From assembly GCF_006345805.1 (NCBI RefSeq), contig NC_043012.1:40424001-40488000 (forward strand): DNA of 64,000 nt, read 5' to 3'. The position numbers were made by a program, and so were the translations under genes. This DNA comes from Octopus sinensis (Eukaryota). A model generated the notes under the pieces. It was given only the letters and a program-made list of their open reading frames with translations, did not search any database and had not been told where the DNA came from. Of this stretch, positions 36,578 to 50,965 are shown in pieces. Numbering within the stretch: position 1 is the first letter of the stretch; the number at the start of each line of letters is the position of its first letter.

Positions 36578-36880
36578 TCAAATAATAATAATAATAATAT
36601 CAAATAATAATAGTAATATCAAATAATAATAGTAATAATAATAATGTGTGTGTATATGTTTGTGTGTCTGTGTTTGTCCCCACCCCCAACATCGCTTGAC
36701 AACTGATGCTGGTGTGTTTACGTCCCCGTAACTTAGCGGTTCGGCAAAAGAGAATAAGTCCTGGGGTCGATTTGCTCAACTAAAGGCGGTGCTCCAGCAT
36801 GGCCACAGTCAAATGACTGAAACAAGTAAAAGAGTAAAAAAGAGAGTAAAGAGTAATTCCTCATCTCTTAAATATAGAAC
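35790..36880 (+). mobile_element. tRNA-headed/(AAT)n element, copy lacking the ribozyme segment and interrupted by a SINE A 3' half (36650-36852)
   Basis: Head ..TTCCGAGTTCGATTCCTAGCAGTGACCTGAAT(AAT)n and tail AATTCCTCATCTCTTAAATATAGAACT (near 36855) are both shared with 59277-59613. Confidence 0.6.
35959..36645. repeat. (AAT)n microsatellite with recurring interruptions
   Basis: Read directly from the sequence. Confidence 0.95.
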
Positions 36881-36984
36881 TGCATTGGAGATTCTTGTAC
36901 AACTGTTCTTCTATTTTTCACCGTTCTACGGTCATATCTAGAATACTGTATCCCAAGATTCCAAAGAGATTGTTATGAGAAGTT

Positions 36985-37440
36985 AGCTTCCCAATCATAT
37001 AATTCCAAGTTCAGCCCCACTGCGTGACACCTTGGGAAAGTATCTTCTACTGTGGCCCCGGGCCGACCAAAGCCCTGTGAGTGGATTTGGTAGACGGAAA
37101 CTGAAAGAAACCTGTCACGTATATATGTGTGTGTGTGTGCAAGTTTGTGTGTGTGCATGTTTGTGTGTGTGCATGTTTGTGTGTGTGCATGTTTGTGTGT
37201 GTGCATGTTTGTGTGTGTGCATGTTTGTGTGTGTTTCTGTGTTTGTCCCCCATTAACGTTTGACAATCAGTGTTGTTTTGTTTACGTCCCCATAACTTAG
37301 TGGTTAGGGAAAAGAGACCGATATAAGTACCAGGCCTAAAAAGCAAGTCCTAGAGTCGATTCATTCAACTAAAATTCTTCAAAGCAGTGCCCCAGCATGG
37401 CCGTAGTCTAATGACTGAAACAAGTAAAAGATAAAAGATA
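36985..37440 (+). mobile_element. SINE family A
   Basis: Core, internal (GTGTGTGCATGTTT)n expansion and the 3' domain. Confidence 0.85.
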
Positions 37441-38174
37441 AGTAAATAAATATTATAAATGGCACGACAGGTCTTCACTCCCAGAATTGTTCATAACTCT
37501 TTGACAATTTTCGCCAACACCACCGTGAAGAATGCGTCATTTGAAAATAAAACCAGGAATGAGAAAATGCTATTGGAATCCAGTTTAAGTGTTGGGATCC
37601 ACTGTCGTCTGCTTTCCGCTAAAATCGAACCCACATAACGCAAATACATTAGAAGGCATTTTTCTCTCTTCTTTTCCTTTCCTTTTCCTTTCTTCACTTC
37701 AGTTGGGCCCGGGTCTGCTCTATTCGGCATTATTCCGGAAAAAAAAATCAAAAGAAAACGAAAGGCTGTCAGGACATTCAAAATATTTCTGGACAAATTC
37801 CTCCAAGAAATACCAGAGAGACCACCGACATTAGAATACATTTCAATCAATCACAACGCCGCACTCGGAAGGATTTCGAAGTCCCAAAAATAAAAGTCTT
37901 CACCGGGTTGTTAAATAAGACCGAGTTAAATAAACCGAGTTGTTAAATAAGACATGTTATTAGTAAATTTAATATGCAGTCAGCTAATCGTACACAAGAT
38001 GAAGTTTAAGTCTCTAAATCCATTAAATCCATTTATGTATAGATGTATGTATGTATGGCAAGATGGATGGATGGATGGATGGATGTGTATGTGTGAGTGT
38101 GTGTATACAGCGTAAGAAAAGAGACAGACAGACAGGCACAGTCGCATCCATCTTGCTTAATTTTTAATTCTTTA

Positions 38175-38530
38175 AAGGTGGAGAGCTGGCGGAAACGTTA
38201 GCACGCCGGGCGAAATGCTTAGCAGTATTTCGTCTGCCGGCACGTTCTGAGTTCAAATTTCGCCGAGGTCGACTCTGCCTTTCATCCTTTCGGGGTCGAT
38301 TAAATAAGTACCATTTACGCACTGGGGTCGATGTTTGTCTGTCCTTGTTTGTCTGTCCTTGTTTGTTCCCTCTGTGTTTAGCCCCTTGTGGGTAGTAAAG
38401 AAATAGGTATTTCGCCTGTCTTTCATCCTTTCGGAGTTGATAAATTAAGTACCAGTTGCATACGGGATCCGATCTAATCGACTGCCCCCCCTCCCCAAAA
38501 ATTTCGGGCCCTGTGCCTAGAAGAGAAAAC
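38175..38530 (+). mobile_element. SINE family B plus a tandem partial copy
   Basis: GGTGGAGAGCTGGCGGAAACGTTAGCAC..GAGTTCAAATT..TTTCATCCTTTCGGGGTCGAT. A second TTTCATCCTTTCGG block starts near 38421. Confidence 0.85.
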
Positions 38531-39249
38531 GGTTCTTCCATCACGCCGTCTTAAACACTCGCGCGAAATGCGAAATATATATATATATATCATCATCATC
38601 ATCATCATCGTTCAACGTCCGTTTTCCATGCTAGCATGGGTTGAACGGTTCGACCGGGGTCTGGGAATCCAGGAGGCTGCACCAAGCTCCAGTCTGATCT
38701 GGCAGTGTTTCTACAGCTGGATACCCTTCCTAGTGCCAACCACTCCGTGAGTGTAGTGGGTGCCTTTTACGTTCCACCGGCACAGGTGCCAGGGAAGGCT
38801 GGCATCGGCCACGCTCGGATGGTGCTTTTTACGTGCCACCGGCACAGGTATCACAACTACAATTTCCATTTGATTTTTATTTGATGTTGATGTACTTGAC
38901 TCAATAGGTCTCCTCAAGCACAGCAGGTCACCCTACGATCCAAGGTACTTTGGATGGGCTGCGGAAGCTATGGGAAGCTGGTGCAGGAAACAGCCATGAA
39001 TTATATATATGGAATTATTACAGACAAACATCCAGTTAATTGCTACAACTCTGGAAAATTCAGTTTAATTGAAGCTAGTTAATTGATGATTAAATATCTT
39101 CAAATTGCTAATTATTTTGAAAACATTAATTAGAAATAGGCGTTGCACACATATATTTAGAAATTCAATCAGAAATGAATTTGAAATGAAGAATTTGATG
39201 TTGAAATTCTTTATTTATAAATCTGCATTATCAACACACGCACACACAT

Positions 39250-39289
<40 letters not shown>

Positions 39290-39311
39290 ACACACACACA
39301 CACACGCACAT

Positions 39312-39384
<73 letters not shown>

Positions 39385-39711
39385 ACACACACACATGTAC
39401 ATATAGTTCTGTTAAGGTAGGATCAACGAAAAGCACTCTATCATCCAGTGGGGGATAAATATCATTTAATGTACCCAGTATTTAAAACAAGACCAATTTA
39501 TGGTTTCTTGCTATCGAGATTAACCAGATTTAAATAACGTGCCTTGTGTCTGCAAGCAATCTTCAGGCTCAATGCACATGCTCAGTTCTACGAGCCTGAA
39601 GATTGCTTGGAGATACACGGCACGTTATATAATCTCAGTGTCTCTATGGCGAGAAACAATTAGTAAACCTCTTTCTAAATACTGTCTACATATAAGTATG
39701 TATGTGTGTAT

Positions 39712-40213
39712 TCTTTTATTTGTTTCAGTCATTTGACTGTGGCTATGCTGGAGCACCGCCTTTTAGTCGAACAAATCGACCTTTGGATCTGCAGAAATTG
39801 AACGTTGTTCTCTGGTAAGAAGCTTGTTTCCCAACCGCATTCTTTTGGGTTCGGTCCCACTGCGTGGCACCATAAGCAAGGGTCTTTATCTATGGCCGCG
39901 GGCCGATCAAGCCGTTCTTGGTGAATTTTGTAGACGGAAACTGAAAGAAGCCCGTCGTATATATATCTATATATATGAGTGTGTGTGTATGTGAGATTCT
40001 TTGATTGTTTTTGTGTTTGTCTTCCACCACTGCTTGACATCCGGTGTTGGTGTGTTTACGTCTCCGTTACTTAGCGGTTCGGCGAAAGAGACGGATAGTA
40101 TAAGTACCAGGCTTAAAAATAACAAGAACTGAGGTCGATTCATTCGACTATTATAAGTTCTTCAAGGCGGTGCTCCAGCATGACCGCAGTCAAATGACTG
40201 AAACAAGATTAAA
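39712..40213 (+). mobile_element. SINE family A (39813-40213) preceded by an inverted 3'-end fragment (39712-39783)
   Basis: TTGTTTCAGTCATTTGACTGTGGC..GGAGCACCGCC is the reverse complement of the family A tail. Confidence 0.8.
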
Positions 40214-40626
40214 CAAAAATGTGTGTGTGTATGTGTGTGATACAGTGAAACATGCATTGGATTAAGAGTGCACGTGTCTTAGGAGCATTCAGCCACTTTG
40301 ATGCTAATTCAATGAATAGTTCAGTTCAGTTGATCGAACAAAGGAATATTCTTGTGTCATTCACGACGGAAGAGAGTATCATCATCATCATCATCATCAT
40401 CCTAGTTGCCGTCGTCATCAGCATTATTCTCTCCCTTTCTGTGTGTGTGTGTGTGTGTGTATGTGTGTGTGTGTGCGTGTGTATGCATGTATGTATGTGT
40501 ATATATTTATGTATATGTATGTACATGTGTGTGTGTGTGTGTGTGTGTGTGCATAGATTCATGAATAGGATACATACATCTGTGTCCATGTATATATGTA
40601 TCTCACTCTGTCTCTCCCCCCCCCTC

Positions 40627-40691
<65 letters not shown>

Positions 40692-41544
40692 GTATGTATA
40701 TGTGTGTATATATGTATGTATCTATGTATGTATGCAAACATACATATATACATGTGTGCGTGTGTGCGTGTGTGTGTGTATGTATTCTTGAAATTTTTCC
40801 AATAACAATGAAGAACTGGTCTCCCAGAAGACTATCTGATATTTACAACAATATCCCTTATTTCTATAGAACAATATATTTTCACGATTCTTCTCTTAAA
40901 TTCCACCAAATTCATAAATTCTTTAATAAACCGAAATACAATTGGGCAGCTGTTTTCTTGTACGGAACTCCGTGGTGCTGCCACAATCAATCCAATATTT
41001 CTATTGGATGCTACTTCCTCGCATTCAAAGACCATCTTGGATACATTCCAAACGACACTTATTTAGGTGATTGGTAAAGTTGAAAAAGCATGTAAAGGAG
41101 GATACCCGTGGTATCTGTCCTCTCCTAAAACTCACGTGGGTACGTGAGTTTTGCACAGTATCCACCCCACTCACGTCTGTGACCATCTTTCAATTCAGTG
41201 GCAAGGCCACGTCAGGATATATTTGCCTCATCTTGCTCTCTCCGCCCCACAATATGTTGCTGAAGCCGCCTTCACCGTTGAATCTTGAAGGGTTCTTTTT
41301 TTTTTGTCTTCATATGCATAAGACGACAAGGCCTAATATGCGAATTAGCCCAAAGCTGGGACCCTGACCTGTGCCTGGTGCTTACTACTCCCGACCAAAG
41401 TAGATCTAGGAACAACAGTTGCCAAGAGGTGGTTATGCACTCTTCCAAAATCTTGGAACTGCCAAACCAGGGCCCAGAACCGTTTGCAGTTTCAAGTTAC
41501 ACTGGGCACGTTTTATAACACTTACGCACGCGCATGCGCACACA

Positions 41545-41545
41545 C

Positions 41546-41594
<49 letters not shown>

Positions 41595-41739
41595 TTTATA
41601 GTAGTAGTAGTAATTGTAGTAGTAGAAGTAGTAACAGTAGTAGTGGTAGTAGTAATAATTTTGTTGTTGTAGAATAGTAGTAATAGTAGTAGTAGTAGTA
41701 GTAGTAGTAGCAGTAGTAGTAATTGTTGTAGTAGTAGTG

Positions 41740-41775
<36 letters not shown>

Positions 41776-41808
41776 ATTGTTGTAGTAGTAGTAGTAGTAG
41801 TAGTAATT

Positions 41809-41844
<36 letters not shown>

Positions 41845-41870
41845 GTAATTGTAGTAGTAGTAGTAGTAGT
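41545..41870. repeat. (GTA)n / (GTG)n trinucleotide tract
   Basis: Read directly from the sequence. Confidence 0.95.
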
Positions 41871-42279
41871 TGCTTAGTGATTGTGAAGAGTGTTCCATCG
41901 TACGCACACACGCACATGAATTTGTTTATCGGTCAGCGGTGAGTAAATCAACAGACGGGTACCTTACAAACAGTCCCTTCAGATATTTGTTCTGTACCGA
42001 GTTATAGATACTCCCTTGTCCACTAGCTGTCGCTCTCGAGAAATACCGTGAGCCTGTGGTCGGCCGTAACTAACAACGTTTATTATTCGCCATTGGTTTC
42101 ATAGAAAATAAACACAAAAGATGGAACTTGAGAAATAAAACAAATATGGCTTTTGTTGTGGTTGTTGTTGTTGTTGTGATGTAACAACGGATAAAGTAGT
42201 GAACAATAGAGGGTGGTCACAGCTGGATTGTATTTCATCGATCAGTGCAGAACTCGGAAAAGACACAGAGAAAAAGATA

Positions 42280-42790
42280 AGATGATAGAAAAGGAAGGAG
42301 GAGGAGGAGGGGAGGAGCAGGGGTGGAGAAGGGGGAGGAGAGTCGGGGGGAAGGGACCAGGCATAATAAGGAAGAGAGAGAAAAAGTGTTTAAATAGAGA
42401 AAAGAGGGGAAAGAAGAATAGAGACAGAGAGAGAGAGAAGAGATAGAGAGACGAAAAGGGCAAGAGAGACAAAGAGAGGGAGAGAAAGAGACAAAGCGGG
42501 AAAGAGAAAGAAAGAAAGAGAGAGTGAGAGAGAGAGAGAGAGAGAGAGACATAGAAGGGAGAAAGCGAAGGTAGAAAAAGGCAGACGAAGAAAGATGAAA
42601 ATAAAAGAGAAGGAAAGTAAGAATCCAAAGAATGAAGTTGAAAAAAGGAGAGACAGAGAGAGGGGGGCAGATAGAGAGAGAGGGGGAGAGAGGGGGAGAG
42701 AAGAAGAAGGTAAAGAGGGAGTGTGGGAACGTGAGAGGGGAAAGAACATGGAGGAGGAGGACGGAGAAAGGTGAAAGAGACACAAAGACA
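42280..42790. repeat. GA-rich polypurine tract
   Basis: Read directly from the sequence. Confidence 0.9.
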
Positions 42791-43881
42791 AAAGAGAGAG
42801 CTGATGTCTCTTACGTAGTGAAATCCTCTTTCTATATAAATATACATTTATTTATATGTAGAAATATCTCCACAGTTATCTTGTAAGAGTCTCGTTGTGA
42901 ATTTGGGGCTTTTGAACGGCTGAGGAGGGAAATGACGCACCAAGGGTTCATTGTTAATTTCTCTCTTTGTCAACCAGCGTAGAACCACCACAGAATGAAA
43001 GCCTCCGCACAGCATCGTCGGTTTTGCTTCTCTTTCTATCGTTTGATGTCGCCAGTTGATAATGCTTCCGTATTTGTTTGTCTATATCGTTTCGCTCTTC
43101 CGTGGCTTTCTTCATTTTCTTTTTCCCGCCTTTGGTTGCCATTCCTAGATTTCTATCTAACAATTATCTCTCTCTTATTTTTGCCTGCCACCCACCGCCA
43201 TTTCCCCCATATTTCAAAGTTGTAACAACATCGTCTGCTTTCGTTCATTTCTCAACCAATTGTTTTCACCTTTATATGTTATGCCTAGTATTAACCTTAC
43301 CATCGCGTGTTAACACGCTTCAAGTTTCCTTTCCATAACCGATCTGTAAACGGCTGATAGTGTCATATATTGGTTTAGGTCAGAAGTTCTCAGCCATTTA
43401 CATGATGCGCTTTGATAACTATTTATTCCAATGGACGTCCCCCCCCCTAGCCATTCGATGGTTAAAACTAGTTTTAAGATACTTCTTTCGAAATTTCTAT
43501 TTGGCTTTTCACACATTTACTTGCGTAAGTTGAACAATGTAAAAAGCCTTAGAGAAAGAAAGTTAGCCGTTTCTTACAATAAATACATTCGCTTCACGAA
43601 CCGTTGATATACAACTGTGTGTCTCCAATCTCATATTTTATTTGCATGCCCCCCCCCCCAATCCTATATGGACCATAATTGAGAACTTCTGGCTTAAGGT
43701 ATTTCATTCGAGCCAAACTGGAAAGTTTTAATCTCATTCCCCCACATCCTTTTCCTCTGTTTCTTTTCCTTGACCTTTGTTCGTCCAAGCTCTTTGCCCA
43801 CATAATGTTTATTTTCCTAATTGCCCCGTTTCATTTTCCTCCACTGTAGCCCTTTTGATGCCATCTCCTTATCACGGCTTC

Positions 43882-44306
43882 AAGGCTGCCAGTTAGCAGA
43901 ATCGTTTGGCAGTATTTCGTCTGCCGCTACGTTCTGAGTTCAAATTCCGCCGAGGTCCACTTTGCCTTTCATCCTTTCGGGGTAGATTAAATATGTACCA
44001 GTTACGCACTGGGATCGATGTAATCGACTTAATCCCTTTGTCTGTCCTTGTTTGTCCCCTCTATGTTTAGCCCCTTGTGGACAATAAATAAATAAGAATT
44101 GTTAGCTCGCCGGACAATATGCTTAGCGGCATTTCGTCCGTCTTTACGGTCAGAGTTCAAATTCCTCCGAGGTCGGCTTTACTTTTCATCCATTCGGGGG
44201 TCGATAAACTAAGTACCAATGAAACACTGGGGTCGATGTAATCGACTAGTCCCCCCCTCTCCCCACCAAAAAGATTTCAGACCTTTTGCCTTCAGTAGAA
44301 AAGATT
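43882..44306 (+). mobile_element. Two tandem SINE family B copies
   Basis: Two GAGTTCAAATTC..TTTCATCC..GATGTAATCGACT units starting near 43882 and 44096. Confidence 0.85.
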
Positions 44307-44465
44307 ATCTATCGCTAATTTAATTTGCTCTTATTCATGTCTAATCCGTTCGTCTTGATAATGGCACGCAAATCCCTCATCATTTCACCCGTCTCCTCTA
44401 CTCCTGCCATCACCAAGATGTCTTCAACGAATCTGAGTCAAATGTAGGTTGTTTTCCATTGTTAT

Positions 44466-44872
44466 AGACGCAGGCGTGGCTGTGTGGTAGAACGCTTGCT
44501 TCCCAACCACATGGTTCCAGGTTCAGTTCCACTGCGTGGCACTTTCAGCAAGTGCCTTCAACTATAGCCTCGGGCCGACTAAATCCTAGTGAGTGAATTT
44601 GGTAACTAGAAACTGAAAGAAGCCTTTCGTATATGTGTGTGTGCGTCTGTGTGTCTTAGTGTCTGTGTTTGTCCCTCGCTATAGCTTCACAACCGGTGCT
44701 GGTGTGTTTACGCCTGTGTAACTTAGCAGTTTGGCAAAAGTGACCGATAGAATAACTACCAGGCTCCAAAAAAGTAACAATAATAAGTGCTGGGGGTCGA
44801 TTCATTCATTGGACTATAAAAAACTATTCTCCAAGGTGGTGCCCCAGCATGGCCGCAGTTTAAAGATAAAAG
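44466..44872 (+). mobile_element. SINE family A
   Basis: Full head, core and 3' domain. Confidence 0.85.
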
Positions 44873-45410
44873 ATCTACTTTGTAATTCTTCCAATCGAGA
44901 ATTCCGAAGATAAAGATTTTCCAGGAATGTTTTGAAACGCTCCTTTGATATGGTATCTCCTTGTCACACACCCACCATTTAAAAAAAAATCTGAATGTCA
45001 TCACCGCTTCTCTCTGTGAAAGTCGATTATATTCACCGTATGTATACATCTTTCATCAGGGCGATGTACGTATTTCTTCGACGTTCTGTTTTCCCAAAGA
45101 CTTCATCACATTTGCATCTCTACTGAGTCGAAAGTTTTAAAATAATTGATGTGAGTTAGCTCCAGTGATAGAGTTTTGCGTCCAAAGTTCTTCAATCAAT
45201 CGCTCGATATTGTAAATATCAGTGGTTGTCAACCCGGGTCCATTATGGCCCTTGAGCGTCCATATAAGAGTTTTTTTGATCCATGAAACAAAATAGTAAA
45301 TTGGGGATCCGCAATAGTATTTTAAGAGACCCTAAAAATGTTTACTTTCCATGTATGTATTGGTTTGCATTGCATGAAACAGCTGGGTTTCTTTCTCAAA
45401 CATTTTACAT

Positions 45411-45820
45411 AGATGCAGGAGTGGCTGTGTGGTAAGTAGTTTGCTTACCAACCACATGGTTCCGGATTCAGTCCCACTGCGTGGCACCTTGGGCAAGTGT
45501 CTTCTACTATAGCCTCGGGCCGACCAAAGCCTTGTGAGTGGATTTGGTAGACGGAAACTGAAAGAAGCCCGTCGTATATATGTTATATATACATATATAT
45601 ATATATATGTGTGTGTGTGTGTTCCCACCTTCCCAACATCGCTTGACAACCGATGCAGGTGTGTTTACGGCCCCGTAACTTAGCGGTTCGGCAAAAGAGA
45701 CCGATAGAATAAGTACTAGACTTACAAAGAATAAGTCCTGGGTTCGATTTGCTCGACTAAAGGCGCGGTGCTCCAGCATGGCCGCAGTCAAATGACTGAA
45801 ACAAGTAAAATAATAAAAGA
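45411..45820 (+). mobile_element. SINE family A, well preserved
   Basis: Closely similar to the copies at 2825 and 49108. Confidence 0.9.
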
Positions 45821-46010
45821 ATATATATGTGTGTGTATGTATGTATGTAGTATGTATGTATGTATATGAAATGAATAGGAGGAGGGATTTGTTCGACTAA
45901 ACCTTTCAAGGCTGTTCCCAAACAGAGATGATGTCTGTTCGTCAACAGTTTGTAATAGCAAATACAAATAACACAGATATATCAAATACCATAGAACATA
46001 AATTCTTGAT

Positions 46011-46041
<31 letters not shown>

Positions 46042-46169
46042 GATTCTCCGCCTCTAGAAGACGTATCATGGTTACGAAATGCTAATTAAGATCAGTTCCA
46101 CTTGATAAAGGAAGATATATCGCAAAGATTGGAGAATTCTGTTCTTTAAGACTTGCATATCAACAGCGA

Positions 46170-46790
46170 TGTTAGCCCATCTTCGAATGTCCTCCGACGG
46201 CTTCCATCTTCATCGCCACCACCATTGCGATTATCTCAACCATTTCAACCACCGCCAGAACGCTCGCCGCTCCATTCACACAACCACCTTCATGGTTCAA
46301 AAACACCACCTTCGTGATGACAATGACGTCAGCAGTTACCATCACTATCGCAACCACCACCACCACCACCACCACCGCCGTCTCCACCATACACGCTAGC
46401 ACCGCCACAACCATCATTGTCATAGCAACCACAAACAACGCCACCGCTACCACCACCACTAGCCACCACTATATCGCTACCACTATATCCACCATCACAA
46501 ACTCCGCCACCGCCAAAACCACGACCATCATGGCAACTGTCACCACCGCAACTACCAACATCACCACAAACACCACCGCTACAACCACAACCATCACTAC
46601 TACCACCGCACCACCACCACTACCACCGCCATCACCGCTATCACCACCACCTCCACTATCACCACCATCACCACCACCTCAACGCCACCATCACCATCAC
46701 CACTATCATCACCATCACCACCATCCCTACATACAACGCCATTACCACCACTCCATCCATCCTTCCATCCATCCGTCCATCCATCCATCA
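46170..46790. repeat. (CAC/ACC/CAT)n low-complexity tract
   Basis: Read directly from the sequence. Confidence 0.9.
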
Positions 46791-47099
46791 CTTGGTCCCT
46801 GTAGTCACATCAAGCTATTCCACCTTACTCACCCACCCATAGCTCTCCTCCTCAGCATAACTGTCTGCGAATGAAGTCCCTTGACGGAAATATGCGAAAA
46901 GCAATGATGTATGAATGAAATAATGTACCCTGTGGGTGGAAGAGAAGGTGTGTGTGTGTGGGGGGGAGCTAATGTATGCATTAAATCAGTGGTTTAAGCA
47001 ATTTTAAGCACACTTACATTTGTACGCATTTGTACCCGCTATTTGTCTGTCTATCTATCAATCTACCTACCTATTTATCTATCTATCTCTGTCAGTCTT

Positions 47100-47170
<71 letters not shown>

Positions 47171-47243
47171 GTCCATCTATCTATCTGCTACTTTATGTAT
47201 CTCTATGTCTGTCTGTCTATGTATCTACATACATATGTATATA

Positions 47244-47287
<44 letters not shown>

Positions 47288-47299
47288 TATATATATATA

Positions 47300-47365
47300 C
47301 TTTGATACTTTGATAGGTTTCGGCCATTATTGGCCCAGGCCATGTCTAACTTAATAGCACCACCT

Positions 47366-47367
<2 letters not shown>
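47300..47367 (-). mobile_element. 68-bp (TA)n-embedded mini-element, copy 1
   Basis: Exact reverse complement of 59815-59882, with (TA)n on both sides. Confidence 0.8.
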
Positions 47368-47429
<62 letters not shown>

Positions 47430-47944
47430 AGTATGTATGTGTGTTTATCCATCTCTATCGGACACAAGCTCACATACACACAACACAACATCAACAACAA
47501 CAACAACACACACACACACACACACAGAGAAATTTATGCATACAGGTTGTTAAGAAAATAAAGCAGCATTTTAAACCATTTTCCCTGCATTTACATTCGA
47601 AAAAACGATAGAATCGCTTTATTTGATAATGTCGTCTGCTTTGTTGCATTTTACTTTAATGTCCCATTTTTCCATCCCCTTTCTCTCCCACCCCCTCTCT
47701 CCCTATCGTCTGCCATTCCCATCTAAAATAAAGAAGCCAAGCATTCGTTTAATGTCGTTATATAGATCGTATTCTTCACTCCCAGAAACATTTCGTATGT
47801 ATTCATTCTATTTTATACATAAAAATATCGGGGTAAAGATATGGTAATGGAATTTTTTCTGGTCATTTCGCAATTTTTAATCTATTGTAACTGTTTGGGC
47901 GGGAGGAAGAAAATAGACAACAATACATTTTGATGGAAACTATA

Positions 47945-48214
47945 TGTATACATTGTGTGTGTATGTATGTATGTATGTATGTATGTATGTATGTATGTAT
48001 GTATGTATGTATGTATGTATGTATGCATGTATGTATGTGTGTGTATGTATGTATGTATGTATGTATGTAAGTATGTATGTATGTACGTATGCATGTATGT
48101 ATGTATGTATGTATGTATGTATGTATGTACGTATGTATGTATGCATGCATGTATATATGTACGCATGTATGAATGCATGTATGTATACACACACTTATGC
48201 ATGTATTATGTATA

Positions 48215-48303
<89 letters not shown>

Positions 48304-48350
48304 GTATGTATATATATTTATGTATGTATGTATGTATGTATGTATGTATG
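47945..48350. repeat. (TATG)n and (TA)n microsatellite
   Basis: Read directly from the sequence. Confidence 0.95.
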
Positions 48351-48480
48351 TGTGTCTGTGTGTGTGTATGTATGTATGTAATGTATGTGTGTCTATATAC
48401 ATATATGTGTGCTGGTATTTTTATATCTATATTTTCTATTTATATATAAACACATACAAAATGTATTTGTCTTTATGATT

Positions 48481-48745
48481 TACGTCGGCACCTTGGAAAC
48501 ACAAGCGCAAGACCGCCTTGTCTGGAGAAGCTGCACCAACAGAGGTGCCGCCCTCCTATGAACAGAAACAGGATCGCAAATCCACAGCCAGTTCCTTCCT
48601 TTCAGCCCTCGCAGACCACCAGTGCCCGGCCTGAGGTAGAGCCTTTCCAATACACATCGGACTGATCGACCACAACAGGATATATATCACGTCTCAACTT
48701 CCCCCGTTTCATGTCCTTGATCATCGTCGACAACGATGAACGAAC
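48481..48745 (+). mobile_element. RTE (BovB-like) LINE 3' end with terminal C2H2-like motif
   Basis: LETQAQDRLVWRSCTNRGA..YEQ..HQCPA*GRAFPIHIGLIDHNR, followed by the tail ATCATCGTCGACAACGATGAACGAAC. Confidence 0.8.
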
Positions 48746-49050
48746 GATATGATATGTACGATAATCTTTGTGTGTATAAAGATGTACGTGAAACCAAAAG
48801 GAATTATTCGATATTGAGGGAGTAGTTATGTAATTTATTAGAAGATAGATATTTAAATATTTATTCCGAGTTTTACGTTGACGATCTTCAGACGATTTTT
48901 AAAAACTCTGGAACTCTGGAACACGATGTCTTCATTTAAATAGTAAAGAAATATTTTGACACTAAGAATATTTGAGATAGATTAAAATAAAGCAATACAG
49001 TGGGCATAAGGGCATACATACATACATACATACATACATACATACATACA

Positions 49051-49107
<57 letters not shown>

Positions 49108-49108
<1 letters not shown>

Positions 49109-49505
49109 GGCACAGGAGTGGCTGTGTGGTAAGTAGCTTGTTTACCCACCACATGGTTCCGAGTTCAGTCCCACTGCGTGACACCTTGGGCAAGTGTCTT
49201 CTGCTATAGCCTCGGGCCGACCAATGCCTTGTGAGTGGATTTGTAGACGGAAACTGAAAGAAGCCCGTCGCATATATGTATATATGTGGGTGCGTGTATG
49301 TTTGTGTTTGTCCCCCTAGCATTGCTTGACAACCGATGCTGGTGCGTTTATGTCCCCGTCACTTAGCGGTTCGGCAAAAAGAGACCGATAGAATAAGTAC
49401 TGGGCTTACAAAGAATAAGTCCCGGGGTCGAGTTGCTCGATTAAAGGCGGTGCTCCAGCATGGCCGCAGTCAAATGACTGAAACAAGTAAAAGAGTAAAA
49501 GAGTA
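49108..49505 (+). mobile_element. SINE family A, well preserved
   Basis: Full head, core and 3' domain. Confidence 0.9.
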
Positions 49506-50109
49506 TATATATATATATATGATGATGAATATTTGAATATGTGTGTGTACGTGCGAGTGAAAATGTAAAAATATTTACCAAAGCGATGTGCGTAAAAATT
49601 CTAGCAGAGTAATTACTTCAAATTCTTTCAAATAAAAGGTAATACATGTCGCATTAATTCCAAGCTTTCTGATTAACCAACCATACTGAATAGATATTGT
49701 TGCTCGGAGCAGTTGCTTGGCTGTGAGATAATTGCAAAGTGAAGATTTCGAAGGATGTCTACTCTAACATAACAACTACGATAGTTTAATCTATAAATGT
49801 CTTGAAATAATATTTAGAAGAGTTTGCGGCTTAAATTTGCACAAAATCTGCAATGGGGTATGGGGTAGTTTAGCAGAGAATCCACCATTGTAGTTTAATT
49901 ATCACCGATGTTTTTCTTTAAAAAATGTGGAAATATCCGTGGGTAATCCTGATAAAATGTAATACACTCACTCATTCACGCACACACGCACACACATGCA
50001 CGTATATAAACAGATACATACACATACACATATATTTGTGTACGCATGTACATGTATTCGTATGGATGTATTTATGTATTTATAAGTGTGGCTGTATGCA
50101 TTTTACGTA

Positions 50110-50167
50110 TATATGTATCTATGTATGCATGTATGTAAGTATGTATGTATGTATGTATGTATGTATG

Positions 50168-50198
<31 letters not shown>

Positions 50199-50203
50199 GT
50201 ATG

Positions 50204-50234
<31 letters not shown>

Positions 50235-50302
50235 GTATGTATGTATGTATGTATGTATGTATGTATGTATGTATGTATGTATGTATGTAGTATGTATGTA
50301 TG

Positions 50303-50333
<31 letters not shown>

Positions 50334-50431
50334 GTATGTATGTATGTATGTATGTGTATGTATGTAAGTATATATGTATGTATGTATGTATGTATGTAAG
50401 TATGTATGTATGTATGTATGTATGTATGTAT

Positions 50432-50462
<31 letters not shown>

Positions 50463-50648
50463 GTATGTATGTATTGTATGTATGTAAGTATGTATGTATG
50501 TATGCATGCATGTATGTATGTATGTATGTATGTATGTATGTATGTATGTATGTATGTATGTATGTATGCATGCATGTATGTATGTAGGTATGTATGCATG
50601 TATGTATGTAAGTATGTATGTATGTATGCATGCATTTATGTATGTATG

Positions 50649-50679
<31 letters not shown>

Positions 50680-50712
50680 GTATGTATGTATGTATGCATG
50701 CATGTATGTATG

Positions 50713-50743
<31 letters not shown>

Positions 50744-50928
50744 GTATGTATGTATGTATGCATGCATGTATGTATGTATGTAAGTATGTATGTATGTATG
50801 TATGTATGTATGTATGTATGTATGCATGCATGTATGTATGTATGTATGTATTATGTATGTAAGTATGTATGTAAGTATGTATGTAAGTATGTATGTATTT
50901 GTATGTATGTAGTATGTATGTATGTATG

Positions 50929-50965
<37 letters not shown>

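Noticed and set aside
48632-48634. TGA at a Cys position in the RTE zinc finger (and likewise 33233-33235 in the R4 fragment)
   Set aside because: A single TGY-to-TGA change in decayed fragments is the simpler explanation.
48864-48894. Minus-strand CTGAAGA-TCGTCAACG-TAAAAC as a hammerhead
   Set aside because: GAAA is broken and stem I does not pair. At most it is a decayed remnant.
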